Shown one piece after another: positions 40,325 through 54,450 of a stretch of DNA of 64,000 nt. Under the pieces are notes generated by a model, which searched no databases, had not been told where the DNA came from, and saw only the letters and a list, made by a program, of their open reading frames with translations. The DNA is taken from the NCBI RefSeq assembly GCF_009914755.1, contig NC_060927.1; one strand, written 5' to 3'. Source of the DNA: the human T2T-CHM13v2.0 reference genome, Homo sapiens. The translations under genes and the position numbers were made by a program. Within the stretch, counting starts at the first letter, position 1. Each line of letters begins with the position of its first letter.

Positions 40325-40972
40325 CTATCATGCTAGGATTCTCACAGATAGCTAGACAATTGGGATAATTTGAAAAAGACTTAATTAAAAATAAGATATT
40401 TGCAAAGATTTTGGCAAAGTGTAGGGAAAGCACAAGGAATAGTACAACAAATGGGCCTTTGAAAAGTTGGAGCTGTCATTGCCTCTCCATGAAATGAAAA
40501 AACTACTGGAACCCAGAAAAGCAGTGATTCTCAAACTTTACCATGCCTATGAATCACCTGGAGCTCATGTTGAACTGTAGACTTTTGAATCAGTAAATCT
40601 GAATTGGGGCCTGAGAGTCTGTTTATCTACTCAGCTCCCAGATGATGCCAATGCTGAAGTTCCTTGGATCATGGTTTAAGTAGCACAGATGTAGAAGAAA
40701 TCATTCTTAAGAAGAGAAATGATCTTCGCTAAAAGAAAACAATGAGTCTGAAGTGAATCAGTTACTAAAATGATCCAAGTAAGATACATAACCTTACTTC
40801 ACTCTTCTCCTTGCCTCCTTTATGCTGCTGGGGTGCTCCATTAGTCAAACCTAACAAGATGCCAGAGAAGAGAATTTCTTCATACTGTCAGTACAGATAG
40901 GTGTCCTGGGCAAAAATCAGGCTACAGAAGAGTGGAGGTGTCTCTGGAGAGCCAAACAGAAGATATCTAACA
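40325..40972. mobile_element. Ancient ERVL-class LTR (LTR40/LTR41-like)
   Basis: ctccattagtcaaacctaacaagatgccagag...agaagagtggaggtgtctctggagagccaaacagaagatatctaaca terminus. Family assignment is tentative. Confidence 0.6.
40522..40688. mobile_element. MER5A-family hAT-Charlie MITE
   Basis: cagtgattctcaaacttt...gaatcacctggag...tgaatcagtaaatctg...ggggcctgagagtctg...agctcccagatgatgccaatgctg. Confidence 0.85.
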
Positions 40973-41404
40973 AAGAAGACAGACAATAAACAAAAAAGAT
41001 GAGTCAGTACATGGTCTGCAAAACAGTGATAAATGTTATAGAAGAAAAATAAAGCTAGATTAAGAAGCTAGAAAAGATTAAGGAATAGGAGTGGCACTCT
41101 CTTGGTTTTAGAAGGGCTCTCAAATAAAGTGGTCCCTCCTAAGAGCTAAATGGGAAGAGAGAGAAAGTCATATGTATATCTGAGCAAGAGCATTTCCAAA
41201 AGAGAGAATAAGTGAAAAGATTGACAAAGAACACAGTGTGACTGGAACAGAGTGTGTCGGGGCTAAAGTGGTAGAAACTGAGGCTAGGTTAGAGGGACAA
41301 GACCATGAGGAGAGTGGAAGAAATAGGGAGAACAGGCAGGCAGTTTTGCAATGGTCTCGGGAGAAAATTATAGCTTGTATCGTGGTAATAGCTGAGGGAA
41401 TGAT

Positions 41405-41510
41405 GAGTCCTGTTCTAGGTACTTTACATTTATTAAACCACTTAATCTTCATAACTACCCAGTAAAGTAGATGTTATGATTTTGTCTCAATTTCACAGAT
41501 AAGAAACCTC
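41405..41510 (-). mobile_element. MIR fragment
   Basis: ctgttctaggtactttaca...cacttaatcttcataactaccc...tttcacagataagaaac. Confidence 0.8.
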
Positions 41511-41743
41511 TAGAAAGTATAGCAGAATCAATCATTTAATCTTAGGTAATCTGTATTGGGAAAAACATTCATTTTGAATACCAGAACTAATTTTTGAAGA
41601 CTGTCTTCTCTCTCAGACATCAAGCTCATGAATACCATTATCAGTCATTAAGTTGTAAGCCAATTTAACTGCAAAATATTGTGAATATGATTTTTAAATT
41701 TCCTCTTCAACCTTATGTATATCCTTTTAGTATCCATCTTTGA

Positions 41744-42058
<315 letters not shown>

Positions 42059-42457
42059 TGATTAACTTTTAAAAATCATTCACTCTTCATCTATGTCTAT
42101 GGCTTCCTTTCCCACAACCAGTAAGAGTTTGAATTGCTCTTTAGATATTCTTTAGAGCTGCTCTTGACTACCAATAAGATGATAAATTTTTATCTGGAAC
42201 TCTTTCTTTCAGCTCAAAGTTGGAGGACTTCCCTGATGACGCAATAGTATAATGGACATAAGTCTAGTTGTTCAGGTCTCTGTTATTGACTTTTGTCTTC
42301 ATAATTTATAACTTTTCTTTAACTTTTAGCACTATTGCCAATTCATGCACTGAAACCTCCCATGAACATAACTTTGGTATGTATTTATATTTCTGTAATA
42401 AATCTGTTTCAACTATTGAAATATCTTTCTGTACTCACGTATTTATTTGCAAGTGTT

Positions 42458-42539
42458 GTGGCAAATATAGTTATAATGGTGGTATTGATTTTGTTTTAGT
42501 GGCAAATATAGTTATAATGGTGGTATTGATTTTGTTTTA
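42458..42539 (+). repeat. Perfect 41-bp tandem duplication
   Basis: GTGGCAAATATAGTTATAATGGTGGTATTGATTTTGTTTTA at 42458-42498 and 42499-42539. Confidence 0.97.
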
Positions 42540-42565
42540 GAAACAGATTGAGGATCTTCGAGAAA

Positions 42566-42830
42566 TGGTGTCTCTTGCCTGTCATCCCAGCAGTTTAGGA
42601 GTCTGAGGTGGGAGGATCACTTGAGACCAGAAGTTTGAGACCAGCCTGGGAAACATAGTGAGACCCTGTCTCTACAAAAAGTAAAATAAATTAGCCAGTC
42701 ATCCTAGCTGCTAGAGAGGCTAAGGCAAGGGTACTGCTTGAGCCCAGGAGTTCAAGGCTGCTTTGAGCTATGATCATGCCACAGCTTGGGTTACAGAGCA
42801 AGATTCTATCTCTTAAAAAAGAAAAAGAAA
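42566..42830 (+). mobile_element. AluJ (Jo-like)
   Basis: ggaggatcacttgag...cagcctgggaaacatagtgagaccctgtctctac...gcttgagcccaggagttcaaggctgc...gagctatgatcatgccac. Confidence 0.93.
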
Positions 42831-45549
42831 TAGATGAAAATCAAGGACTATGATGTTTTTATTTGGCTAAATAAAATATACTCAGCATGATACTGAGTTA
42901 TATATACTGTATTCTTTCATGTATGACTGTATATTAAACTAAATAAATTATTCCAGTTATTCAAATACTCTTAATACAATTTAATAAAGATCCATGTCTG
43001 CATCAGGCATCCATTGGCACAGATTTTAAAACCTATAAGAAAAAGTTTTCAAAATTGTTTTCTTTTGTTATTAATTATATTGCAGAAATGAGCACCAATT
43101 TTCAATTGTTTATGTTAAAGTATACATTTTCATTTATCATAATCACATTTCATGGATTCTTTAATGTTTCTTAAATGTACAGCAGTTTAAAAAATATAAG
43201 TAGACAAGGGCTACAATGCTAGATTTCTTCCTTTGTCTCTCATCTCTTTGCATATTATAATGTATATTTCTAATTCTTTAAGCTGCTTTATTATTTTTAG
43301 CTGATATGAAATTTGCCAATGCATAGGATATGGTATAAATATTGCTATAATATTTAGAAATTAGAAATCCAGGAGGTGATAGGTATTCAGCAAATGATAG
43401 AGAAAGTGCCTATTGCTAAAAAGACTCTTTTACGTCTATTTTGAAATATTGGTCCTCTTTTGGTATTAGATCCTAGTCATTTAGTATGCAGATTAACATT
43501 TCAAATCATTAAAATTAAAAAAAAACTCTCAAGTATTATTCTAATTTCTTTAAAATTCTCCTCATTGTATACCACTTTATTTATGGTATGGCAGCACATC
43601 ATATGCTAATTGCATTATAAACTTTTCTAAAAATAATCTGAAATTCACTTTGAACCCTTTGACTTACTGTTAATGAAATTTTCCAAACATTCCTAAACAT
43701 TCGTCTATAAAAACAAAACTATACTTCACCCAACGAGAAGAATCTGCAGTTTGAAGGATTTCTAAAAAATATTGGTTCACAGACTTTTTAAATGTCACAT
43801 ATACATTCTCATCCAGTGTCATTAATTATAATTTTTAACATGATGTATAAGTCAAATCACTAAATAACCTTATATATTGAATAAACAACATATCTGAAAA
43901 TTTTATTTCCATACTTATGGATGTAAAGTCAAGATAATTTGTTTACCAAAAAACAACAAAATATTTAAAGTTATTATTTCATCCTCTCTTTGCTTTATAC
44001 TTCTAGATGTCTCAAGACAAAGACTATGACAGGAACATTTGTAATTCATGTGATAAGTCTTCCAATGACAAGTACATTGAGTGATTGAAAATTATAGAAA
44101 ATGAGTTACACATTTAGAAAAGCTCTAAGTGAATTGACAATGGAATATTACTAGCAGAGGATATAAAAATATTTAACAATGTACCTGTTAGCTGAAAGTA
44201 AAGTGACTTCTTATAATTACTCAAAGGTTGTGTTGTATCACAAACATTTTTAAATCACTATATTAGTCATAATTTTTCACATTAATGAAATTTCAAGAAA
44301 CAGTTCCCTGTGGTAAATATATGAAACTTAATACATTTAGTCATTGCACTTAATGCATTTTAATGAATGTAAATTTGTCTGTGTCACTTCATTTCTTTCT
44401 TAATGGTCATTCAGTTTCCAGACACATATTAATTAAATATCATTAGTTTTAGATAAATATTATATACTCTACCTAGTAACTGAAAAGAATTTTAATTTAA
44501 ATTTTGTGGAGAAAGCATTTTTACTAGAATTTCTGAAATGAAATTTTATGTATTCATTTGGACTGATTTTTTTCCTAGACATATCTTTTTTATTATGCAT
44601 TTTATGTTTTTTAGTTTGTCATTAATTTGATTATTTGCTTTATGAGATCATGTTATCCTTTTATACCGATCTAACTACTTAAGTATTTATAGGCACATTT
44701 TGCTTCTTTTCCAACGTCTCAATGTAAGAATCTTGTTTCAACACCAATCGGATCAGTTGCTACTTTTTCACTTTTATGGAATTGTTATCATAGATATTTC
44801 TATGAAGCATACGTTCCTGTCTTTGGTTTTCCTTTTTCAGTGTCTTACATTAAATTTTCCCCTCAGCTTCACTGCTTGGCTCTAGGTTAAGTTAATGATA
44901 ATCACCAATTTTACTGTATCTTCTAACATAGTAGACCAATGCTACTTTTTGTTGATTACTCGTTGTTGCCTTATCAGCAAGCCTTAATCAACCACAGGAA
45001 TTGAAATATAGTGCTTGTTGTTGAGATAATATTCTTTTGGCATCTGACAATATTTGGCTATAAAATTGTGTTCATTCATTAATGCTGAGAAGAAATTTGG
45101 TAAGCTGCTCATATTTTCTCTGTTGAATAAAACTAAACGTTTCAACTTTTGTTTTAATCTGTAAAATGCTTTCTTTGAATGTATTTTTACATGGAACCCC
45201 AATATTTGAAATACATAAAATTTATATCGTGTGGCTTAAACAGGGTTGGCTGTTCTTTTTCAACTGCCTTAGCTAACTCTGAAGGGAATCAACAGAAAGG
45301 AAGAGAAAGAGACAGAGGGGGAGACAGAGATGCAGATAGAATTGGAGAGGGTAAAGAGAATGAAGATGTGTGTGATTCTTCTTTGAATGACTCTAATTTA
45401 TATCAGGTTTGTCTGTTTGTATATGGAATCACTATTTATCGTATATTTATTAACACAGAAATAGGTTATTAAGTGAGAAGAACAATATATTATGAGGCTA
45501 TCTATGCACACACACAAAAATTCAGACACCAATAATATTTTCAGTATAC

Positions 45550-45708
45550 AATATTGAGCAAGTTATTTGCCCCATCTCTTCCTTAGTCTGTCATCTATAG
45601 AACAGGAAGAATAATAATAACAACTTCATAAAACTTATTATATGTAAATATATTTAGAATAAGGCTTGACAGCATCTACAAAGGGTTCTGAAAATATTAG
45701 TCGTTATT
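45550..45708 (+). mobile_element. MIR fragment
   Basis: ttgagcaagttattt...tcatctatagaacaggaagaataata...cttcata...atgtaaa...ttagaat. Confidence 0.7.
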
Positions 45709-48700
45709 TTTCTGTCTGTATGTTCTATTCTTTAATTTCTGATTTTTCTACATTATTATGTATTACTTCGGTGATATGAAAACTTATTTAAAAAGTGAAG
45801 AATACTAGAAAGCATGTAGAATGTGTAAAAATACTTTATAAAAAATATAAGTGTTCCTGCATTACGAATAATCCTCAAATGCTGAAGTTATGAAGTAGTG
45901 TGGCTACAATTATACATTTACAACAGACTGAAAATGGAATTTGTGCCCAAGGCTCTGTGTGAAACTTGTTGCTTTGCCTTAGACATTTTCAATCTGAATG
46001 TTATAAGGTACTGGGAGTTCTAATGAGGTGCCTCTAGGGTTGGGGCAAGGAATGAAGGAAGGATGAATGGATGGGGCTCAAGACAAACCTCCTTTTCTTC
46101 ATTTTGAGCAACTTCAGTTTTTTTCTGTTTGATATAGCAGACTTCTGAAAAATGAAAAATGTCTTGAAAACAACATAAGGGATCAAGTAGAACATGTGCC
46201 ACTACTGCTTGAAGCCCATCAGTCCTAGGAATAGGACTCATTTGAACAAGAGAAATATATGTGCAATGAGCAGAAAAGACTTTCCTTGGAATAAACACTA
46301 CTTTATGAGAGTGATTAATTAGGCCGTTCTTTAGTAAGATAGGATACCACGATGACCCAAGATCTATTAATTATTGTAGAAAACTTTTGAATTTTACAGT
46401 GACTCTCATCAATTTTCTGAGTCTGTAGAGAAAAGTTATTATAGATCGCCCCACATGTTCTTAGAATTTTGAAGTCCAAGAAACCCTAAACATGTCAGTC
46501 TCCACTTTCACAAAGCAACTCAATTTCAAAAGAACTTGTAGAATTTGCTGGCTCAACAGGAGAGGCTTTTCCAGACACGACTGAAATTCATTTGCCAGCT
46601 CAAGTTGGAGTCTCAGAGCCTCTTTGCAATACTGAGATTATAAGCCAGATGCCTCCAATCAAGATGAATTCCAGGAAATGCTGGCCCAGTTATACTTTTT
46701 AAAAATGCTCAGAACTTTTTGGACTACACTCATCTATTCATGGAGAGTCAAAAATAGAAGGAAAAGAATCTTTCCTTAGAAATCCTTCAGTGTTTCTCAA
46801 AAATCTATTTGTAACATGAAATATGTTTATTTATCCAGCATGTTTGAAAAACTAAAAGTATAGCTATAGATTTTGCAGGGTGCCTGATTTCAATGGGAGT
46901 TGAAAAGTGGCAGGTGCTTTATCATGAAGGCTAACAGGCATATTACAGAAATGGTGTATTTTCTCACCTGTAACTAGTACCTTTCTGATGATACAGCCTA
47001 GAAGCTTGTCTCTTCAAATCACAACGATGGAATTTTCTAAATGGCAGATAAATAGCCCTTTTAGTCTTTCAAGTTATTAATGCAAAAACAAACCATAGAG
47101 AGAAAGATCCAGATGGAAGTTTTAGGGCTTGTGTTTAGAGACATGCCAACAGCAATATGGGTAAACAACGGCATTAAAGGAGGCAATGGTAGCATGAACA
47201 CTGAAAGTTCAGAATGATTAGACAGAGGAAGAGTCATCAGCACAGAAACAGAAGAAGAAAAAAGTGAAAAGAGAAATAAATCTAATAAGAAATTGTACAC
47301 ATTAGACATTCTTGTTTACCTAAAGGTTATGTAACTTCCAGAGGAAGAGCGCAATTTGCTGTAAAGGTAATACTGTAAGAGGAGATGTGCAATATCTTAG
47401 GAGGAGTTAGCAAGGTCAATGACAATATTAGGCTTAATGTGAGGAAGGTGGACCAAGAAGTGAAGGGATAGACTGAGACAAAGATCTGGTCTTCATACCC
47501 CAAACAAAACTCTTTCAATCTCTCTAGCATAGAAGGAATGATGGTTATAATGGACTCAATGTTGTATAATTGTCTTGTCTACGTTTAGAATGAAGTTGGG
47601 TACATTTGATTTGATTATCATTCATCCATACTTCAGTTACTAAGGAATTCTCAAACCATTCATTTTTGTCCAAGTCTTTGTTTAAGAACTAAAATGGGTG
47701 TTTGTTTTTAATGATCCTGCCAATAACATTTCTACTTGCAATAAAAACAAATGAATACAGTTGAGTCCAAGTTCTTTCCTATACTCAGAATGGTGACCAT
47801 TTGTTTTTTTTCTAGAAGTAACTTATACCCCATTTTATTGATGTTAAGTAGGATATTTTATGTAGTTATTTTCTTTGCCAGTCCCTGGTGTATATTTAAT
47901 GCTCAATAATTACATTCATTGAAGGAATGACAAATCCATTTCTTAAACACCTTTTCTAAATTTTCAGTACTACATGTGAAAAACTATTACTGATGAGATC
48001 ACCAAAAGATTACTACATTTAAATAAGATAATGCTTGTGTTTTCCCTCTTGATTAGGTATTCTAAATTAAATAACATTTTAACAGATCTTATTTTTGCAC
48101 TTCTATAATTTCTAAGTACTTCTAAAGTTCATTTTGATTAAACTGAGCAGCCAAAAGCAAATTTATACGTGGCCTTATTTAACACAATATGATTGATTTA
48201 TATATATATATAGTCAAAATAGCACATTTGATTGTAACCATAGGCAAAACTGCAATATTTAAGGGCTAAACTCAAATGCATAAATGGTTTAGAGCAAAAA
48301 TGGAAAAGGCATTAGTTTGTTTTTAGAAGTATTGTAATTCGTGGAATATTAATTTACCTATCTATTTAGATGAAGAAATAATGAACCTCTTATTATGTTA
48401 GGTATCAAGGTAACTTCTGATAAATATAGCTTTCTGTGATCTTGGAGCAGTGTAACAAGTTGATATAATCATTTTAGAATCTCAACAAAATTGTTTTCCT
48501 TAAAGGTAAGTCTAAAGGAGGCATCTGTAAGTTAGATAGTGCCATCAATTCAGCCAAAACAAAGAGACAATCCTGCATGTAACTCAACTACTCCCACAGG
48601 AGATATTTTGCCATCAAGATCTATCACTTCTCAACCATCATCACAGTGCTTTTACTTTTACCCTCACACATTATTGCATCTTGAAATACTTTGCATTAGG

Positions 48701-49719
48701 CTCATCCTTCACCCCTGGGCAAAGAACTTCCCCCACATAAGCGTCTGTGTCAGTCAGCAGCCATATTGTCATGCTGTCTCTGCAACCATTGCCTGTCATG
48801 CTATCATGACCCTAGTTATGATCCAGCCTCCTGAAATATCATTAATATATGGTAGAAATGGCTCTACTTTGAACTAAGTCCATCCTGGCACTAGTGCCTT
48901 TGTTAATGCATTTCCCAGACTTTAGCATTCATAGCTATTTTAACCAGGGGCACAAACATAAGCGCAAAAAGCTTAATGCAAAATTTAAACTATTTAGCAT
49001 TATTGTAGCCCCTTCTACCTAGCGTAGGCTACATAAAGCTTTTAACAGATCCTGAGCTCCCCATATAATAACATATTAATATTTTATCAATACCTAACAT
49101 AGTGGTATTTTATGATGATGTTAAATTTAAAGATAGTTAAAATCACGTTGGTGTGCTTAATTATGACCAGAGGCTCATGAACAGGCTTATAATTCTGTGT
49201 TAAATAATGACTTAGTTCTAACAAATAATATAAATATCCCAGGTTATACAAGTAACATTGTGTCTGCAATATTAATTATCAGTACCAACTTGATGTCATT
49301 TTTATCAAACAATCAGTTGTGAATCATTCTAAAAATACATCTGATTTATCGAGTGTGGTCCCAGTATTATGTTAAAGGAGATTTTTTAAAAAGTATGATT
49401 AACATATGTTCTACAGCCTGAGGGCACTTTCAATCTAGTGCGTAGATGTGTCAAACATACAAACACTTAACAGAGATACAATAAAAAAGGACATGGCAAG
49501 AATAAATTATATCTGCTTCAAAATTTCAACTACCTGTGACTCAGAGAATTAAGCATTAACAAAAACAGACATGTCAATAGGAGGAATTGATTTGGTGGGA
49601 GCAGAGGATGAGTTTGGGCCTGAACAGTCAAACTTCAGTTCCAAATGAAGTATTCAGCTGAAAAGCTAGCACTGTTCCCATGAATCAAAAAGTGGCAATG
49701 TTTGAATTGTGCTTTTAAG

Positions 49720-50170
49720 CAATGGTTCTTGAACTTTTTGAACTTAGGATTCCTTTGTTCACTTAAAAATTACTAAAATATCCAAGGAGAAACTCTCTTT
49801 TTATGGGCTCTATTTATCAATACTTATAGGGTCAGAAATTAAAACTGAGAAATTTTAAAAATTTGTATTAAGTAATCTAAAATAATTAAAACGTCTTATA
49901 TATCAACATAATCGATACATTTTAGGGCATAATACCACATTCTCCAAAACATATTAATGAGGGGAACATTATTGTTTAAATTTTTTTTGAAAATGGTAGT
50001 GTCTGGCTTAACAAAAGACAATTGGAATCTTAAAGCTACTTCTGTATTCAATTTGTTGCAATGTCACACATCATGTAGGTTCTTGAAAACTTCATTGTAA
50101 ACTTGTGAGATAATGAGGGTGAAAATAGACTAATAATGCCTGCGTATTATTATGAAAATAGTTTGACTTT
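49720..50170 (+). mobile_element. Charlie1 (Charlie1b-like) hAT DNA transposon, one end missing
   Basis: caatggttcttgaactttttg...cttaaaaattact...agaaattaaaactgagaaattttaaaa...gtctggcttaacaaaagaca...cacacatcatgtag...gtattattatgaaaatagtttgac. Confidence 0.88.
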
Positions 50171-51925
50171 AGAGAACATGCTTTATATAATTTGAATCCT
50201 TTAAATATGTTGATACTGTTTTATTGCTCAGAATGCGGTATATCTTGTTAAATGATCCATATGCATTTGAAAAGAAAGTGTATTCTTCTATATTTGTGTG
50301 GAATTTTCTATAAGTGCCCATTAGGTAAAGATAGTTAATAATGTTATTCAAGTTTTCTATATCCTTTCTTTCCTACTAATTTCATGTCTACTTATTCTAT
50401 CAATTAATCCTATTAATTATGATGAGATTATTGAAATCTCCAACTATAATTGTGGATTTTTCTACTTCTCCTTGGAATTTTCTCACTTTTTGCCTTAGGA
50501 ATTTTGAAGCTTTCTTGTTAAGTACATAAAAATTCAGAATTGTTAAGTCCTCTTGAGTAGTGGAACCCTTTATTGTTTATGAAATGACCTCATTTACCAC
50601 TGCCATTCTTTGCTTTTAAATATACTTTAATAGTAGTATAACTACTACAGACTTCTTTTGGTTAGTGTTGTCATGGTATATATTTTTTCATCTCTAATTT
50701 TAACCCATTTTTCTTATATTTAAAGTGTCTTTTTTTCAGAATTTGACCCAGTAATCCATTATTGGCTATATACCCAAAGGCACAAAAATTATTCTAACAT
50801 AAAGACACATGCATGTGTATGCTCATTACCACACTATTCAGAATTGCAAAGACATGGAATCAACCTAAGTGTCCATCAATGGTAGATTGGATTTTAAAAA
50901 TGTAGTACATATACATAATGGAATACTATGCAGCCATAAAAAGAATGAGATCATGTCCTTTGCAACAGCATGGATGGAGCTAGAGGTCATGATCTTATGC
51001 AAACTAACCCAGGAACAGAAAACCAGATACTACATGTTCTCACTTATAAGTGGTAGCTAAACTTTGAGTACATATGGATACAAAGAAGGGAAAAACAGAC
51101 ACCAGGGCCTACTTGAAGGTAAAGGTTGGGAGGAGGGTGAGGATTGAAAACCTACCTATCAGGTACTAGGCTTATTACCTGGGTGACAAAATAATCTGTA
51201 CATCAGACACAGACAACACAAAATTTGCCTATATAAAAAAACCTGCACATGTACCCTGAACCTAAAATAGATGTTAAAAATAATATATAAAGAATGTTTT
51301 TTGTAGGCAACAAATATTGAGGAGTTACTTTATATTTAAACTAGAAATATTTCCTTTTTATTTGGGGCCTTTAGACTTTTTGCTTTAAATGTAATTACTG
51401 ATGCTGTTAGGCTTAAAGCTATCATTTGCTATTTGTTTTCTGTTTGTCCCATCAGTTCTTCACTCCCTTTATCCACATTTTTAGAGATTAATTGCATATC
51501 CTTATGATCCTTTTCTATCTCATTTGTTGAATGATTGCCTATATAATTCTTTGTGGTTTTTAAAAATATTAAGTTATTTTAACGTTTATAGTATATAACT
51601 TTAACCTTTCAGTCTACTTTTAATTAATATTATACCACTTAAAGTATAATATTAAAACCTTATAATGGTGTACTTCCACTTCTTCCCTCCTGATATTTAT
51701 GCTATTGTTTTCCTACATTTTAGCTTTACGTATCTTCTGAACCACACACTACTACATTTTTTTTGTTTAAACAATTTTATTTTAAAGATAGTTACATAAA
51801 ACAATATATATATATTTATTTATTTATGTAGTCACCATGCTCAGTGCTTCTTATTTCTTTGTGTAGATCCAGATTTCTGACTGTTATTTTATTTTTATCT
51901 AAAGACTACCTAAATATTTCTTGTA
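50171..51925 (-). mobile_element. Old L1M (MC/MD-type) endonuclease/spacer fragment, split by L1PA
   Basis: ORF 50169..50351 (YRKFHTNIEEYTFFSNAYGSFNKI) is L1 endonuclease-like; ttgaaatctccaactataattgtggattt. Resumes at ~51290. Confidence 0.8.
50740..51283 (+). mobile_element. L1PA16-like 3' end
   Basis: aagacatggaatcaacctaagtgtccatcaatgg...aagaatgagatcatgtcctttgca...aacctgcacatgtaccctgaacctaaaata. ORF 50869..51060 ends KKNEIMSFATAWMELE (ORF2 C-terminus). Confidence 0.92.
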
Positions 51926-51927
51926 GT

Positions 51928-52360
51928 ATGGATGAACCTGGAGGACACTATGGTAACTGAAATAAGCCAAGTGCTGAAGAACATTTATGATGTCAATGAT
52001 GTGTGGAAAAAAGTCAAGTGCATAAACGGAGAGTATAATTATGGTTAGCAGAGGATGGGGGATGGGGAGATCGGGGAGATTTAGGTCAAAAGACTCAAAA
52101 TTTCAGTTAAACAATAGAAATAAGTTTAAGAGGCCTATTGTATATTATGGTGACTACGTTTAACAACGACATTGTGTACTTGAAAATTGCTAACAGAGTA
52201 GATATTAAGCATTTTCACCACACAAAAATAATAAGCATGTGAAGTAATGCTTAAGTAAAATAGCTTGATTTAGCCATTTCATAATGTATACATATATCAA
52301 AACATCATGTTGTACACCATAAACATCGGCAATTTTTATTTGTCAATTTGAAAAATAAAT
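51928..52360 (+). mobile_element. L1MA (L1MA6-8-like) 3' end
   Basis: atggatgaacctggaggacactatg...caaaatttcagtta...gaaaattgctaacagagtagat...tagcttgatttagccatt...aacatcatgttgtacaccataaa. Confidence 0.9.
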
Positions 52361-53129
52361 TGAAATTTTTTTTCTCTGATCTCCCTTCAATAAGTTCAAT
52401 ATTAATAATGGTGTAGCTTCTAGTACCTTGACTCTACAGATTCTTAATCGTCTCAAAACTGATGACTTTCTTCCCTAATGGTCACTTTTGTGTATACCTA
52501 GGGCCTGACTCCCTCAGGAAGATTAAATACATTTCTTCTCCTTTCTCATTGCACATTGTATAATACAATGGCAATCATCGTACTAAATTGTAATTAATGA
52601 TGTTAGTTTCCACTGTTAAGCTGTTGCCAATTAGAACTATTTAACTTTTAAAATGCAAAACATAGACTTGCCCATTTTTTCAATTTTCTCACCCCAAGTT
52701 TGCTTTTCATACTCAGGGTTACAGTCTTTCCCTATTCTTTACAATAATATAGTAATTTTATTACTGTTACCTAACCTAGACATAATTATGATTAACGGGA
52801 AGGAGAAAATAAGATATAGTAAGTTTCACCTACAGAACAGGTACCCATGGTGGTAATATTGTCTTGGTGAATTTACTATAATTTAGACATGGATTCTCCG
52901 TGTTTTAGTTTCAGAAATGTATCTTTTCATGTTTCATAAGCCAGTCCTACCCAAATTAATATTTATATCCATTACAAATCCACATTTGCAACAATGACTA
53001 TAGCTAATCTTATATCTTGAACTATGGGGCCCAATATTGTGGACTGGATAAAAATTCTGATCCCATACTAATGGATTTTTTGTACCAAAAAGGCTGTAAT
53101 GATAGGATCCCTTGATGCTGCTGCTGATA

Positions 53130-53270
53130 TTAATGACAATCATCATCATAATAAAATGATCCCTAACACTTATCTAGGACTTTTGTGTTCCTAGTGCTAT
53201 TCTAAGCATTTAGTATTTAATCATCACCATAACCTGATATAATAGGCATTAATATTTTCTCTATTTTACT
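53130..53270 (-). mobile_element. MIR fragment
   Basis: ctaacacttatctaggac...gtgctattctaagcattt...atttaatcatcaccataacc...ctattttac. Confidence 0.7.
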
Positions 53271-53616
53271 TGATGTGGTTTCAGTTTTAATTTGTTGGCT
53301 TCTTTTGTGGCCCAACGTGTAATCTGTCTCAGAGAACATTCTGTGAATGCTTGACAAGGATGTGTATTTTGCTGCTGTTGAATGAAATGTTCTGTATATG
53401 TCTGTTAGAAGTGTAGCATACGTTCAGTGTTTCCTTATTGGTTTTCTGTCTGGATGATGTGCCAATTGTTAACAATGGAAGATTGAAGTCCCCAATTGCA
53501 GTCTCTCTCTCTCTTCAGATTTATTAATACTTACTTTCTGTACCTAGATGTTGTCATACTGCGCATCTATATACTTACAATTACATCTTCTTAATGAATT
53601 GATCTCTTTATCACTA

Positions 53617-54067
53617 CAGTTGGCCCTTGAACAACATGGGGGTTGGGGGCATCAACTTCCTATACAGTCAAAAATCTATGTATAACTTTTAACTACCCAA
53701 AATCTTAACTACTAATATCCTACTCTTACCAGGAAACCTTACCAACAATGTAAACAGTTGATTATTACATATTTTGTATGTTATATGTGTAATATGCTAT
53801 ATTCTTACAATAAAATAAGCCAGAGAAAAGAAAATGCTATTGAGATAATCATAAGACAGAGAAAATATATTTGCTATTCATTAAGTGGAAGTGGATCATC
53901 ATGAAGGTCTTCGTGTAGCCTTTTCAGTGTGAGTAGACTGAGGAGGAGAAGGAAGATGAAGAACTGGTCTTGCTGTCTCAGTAGTGGCAGAGGCAGAAGA
54001 AAACCTATGTATAAGTGAATCTGTGCAATTCAAACCCTGAACAACCCAGTTGATCAGAGGTCAACTG
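53617..54067 (-). mobile_element. Tigger2a (TcMar) MITE, full length
   Basis: Terminal inverted repeats CAGTTGGCCCTTGAACAAC / ...GGTCAACTG. TA TSD at 53615-53616 and 54068-54069. Confidence 0.92.
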
Positions 54068-54092
54068 TATATAATAACCTTCTTTTTCTTGA

Positions 54093-54450
<358 letters not shown>

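Larger units (their letters stand above)
40200..41400 (-). mobile_element. L2a 3' portion, interrupted by an LTR
   Basis: ttcaatttatcaaaaaatattgagag...aaacagacaaagtctctgtcctcatggagtacatagtctaat. Resumes at ~40975 gaagacagacaataaacaa...gtgataaatgttatagaagaaaaataaagc. Confidence 0.85.

Noticed and set aside
48539-48877. 112-aa plus-strand ORF in non-repeat-looking DNA
   Set aside because: GTG start, no recognisable domain, no convincing splice sites. May be an old unrecognised repeat.
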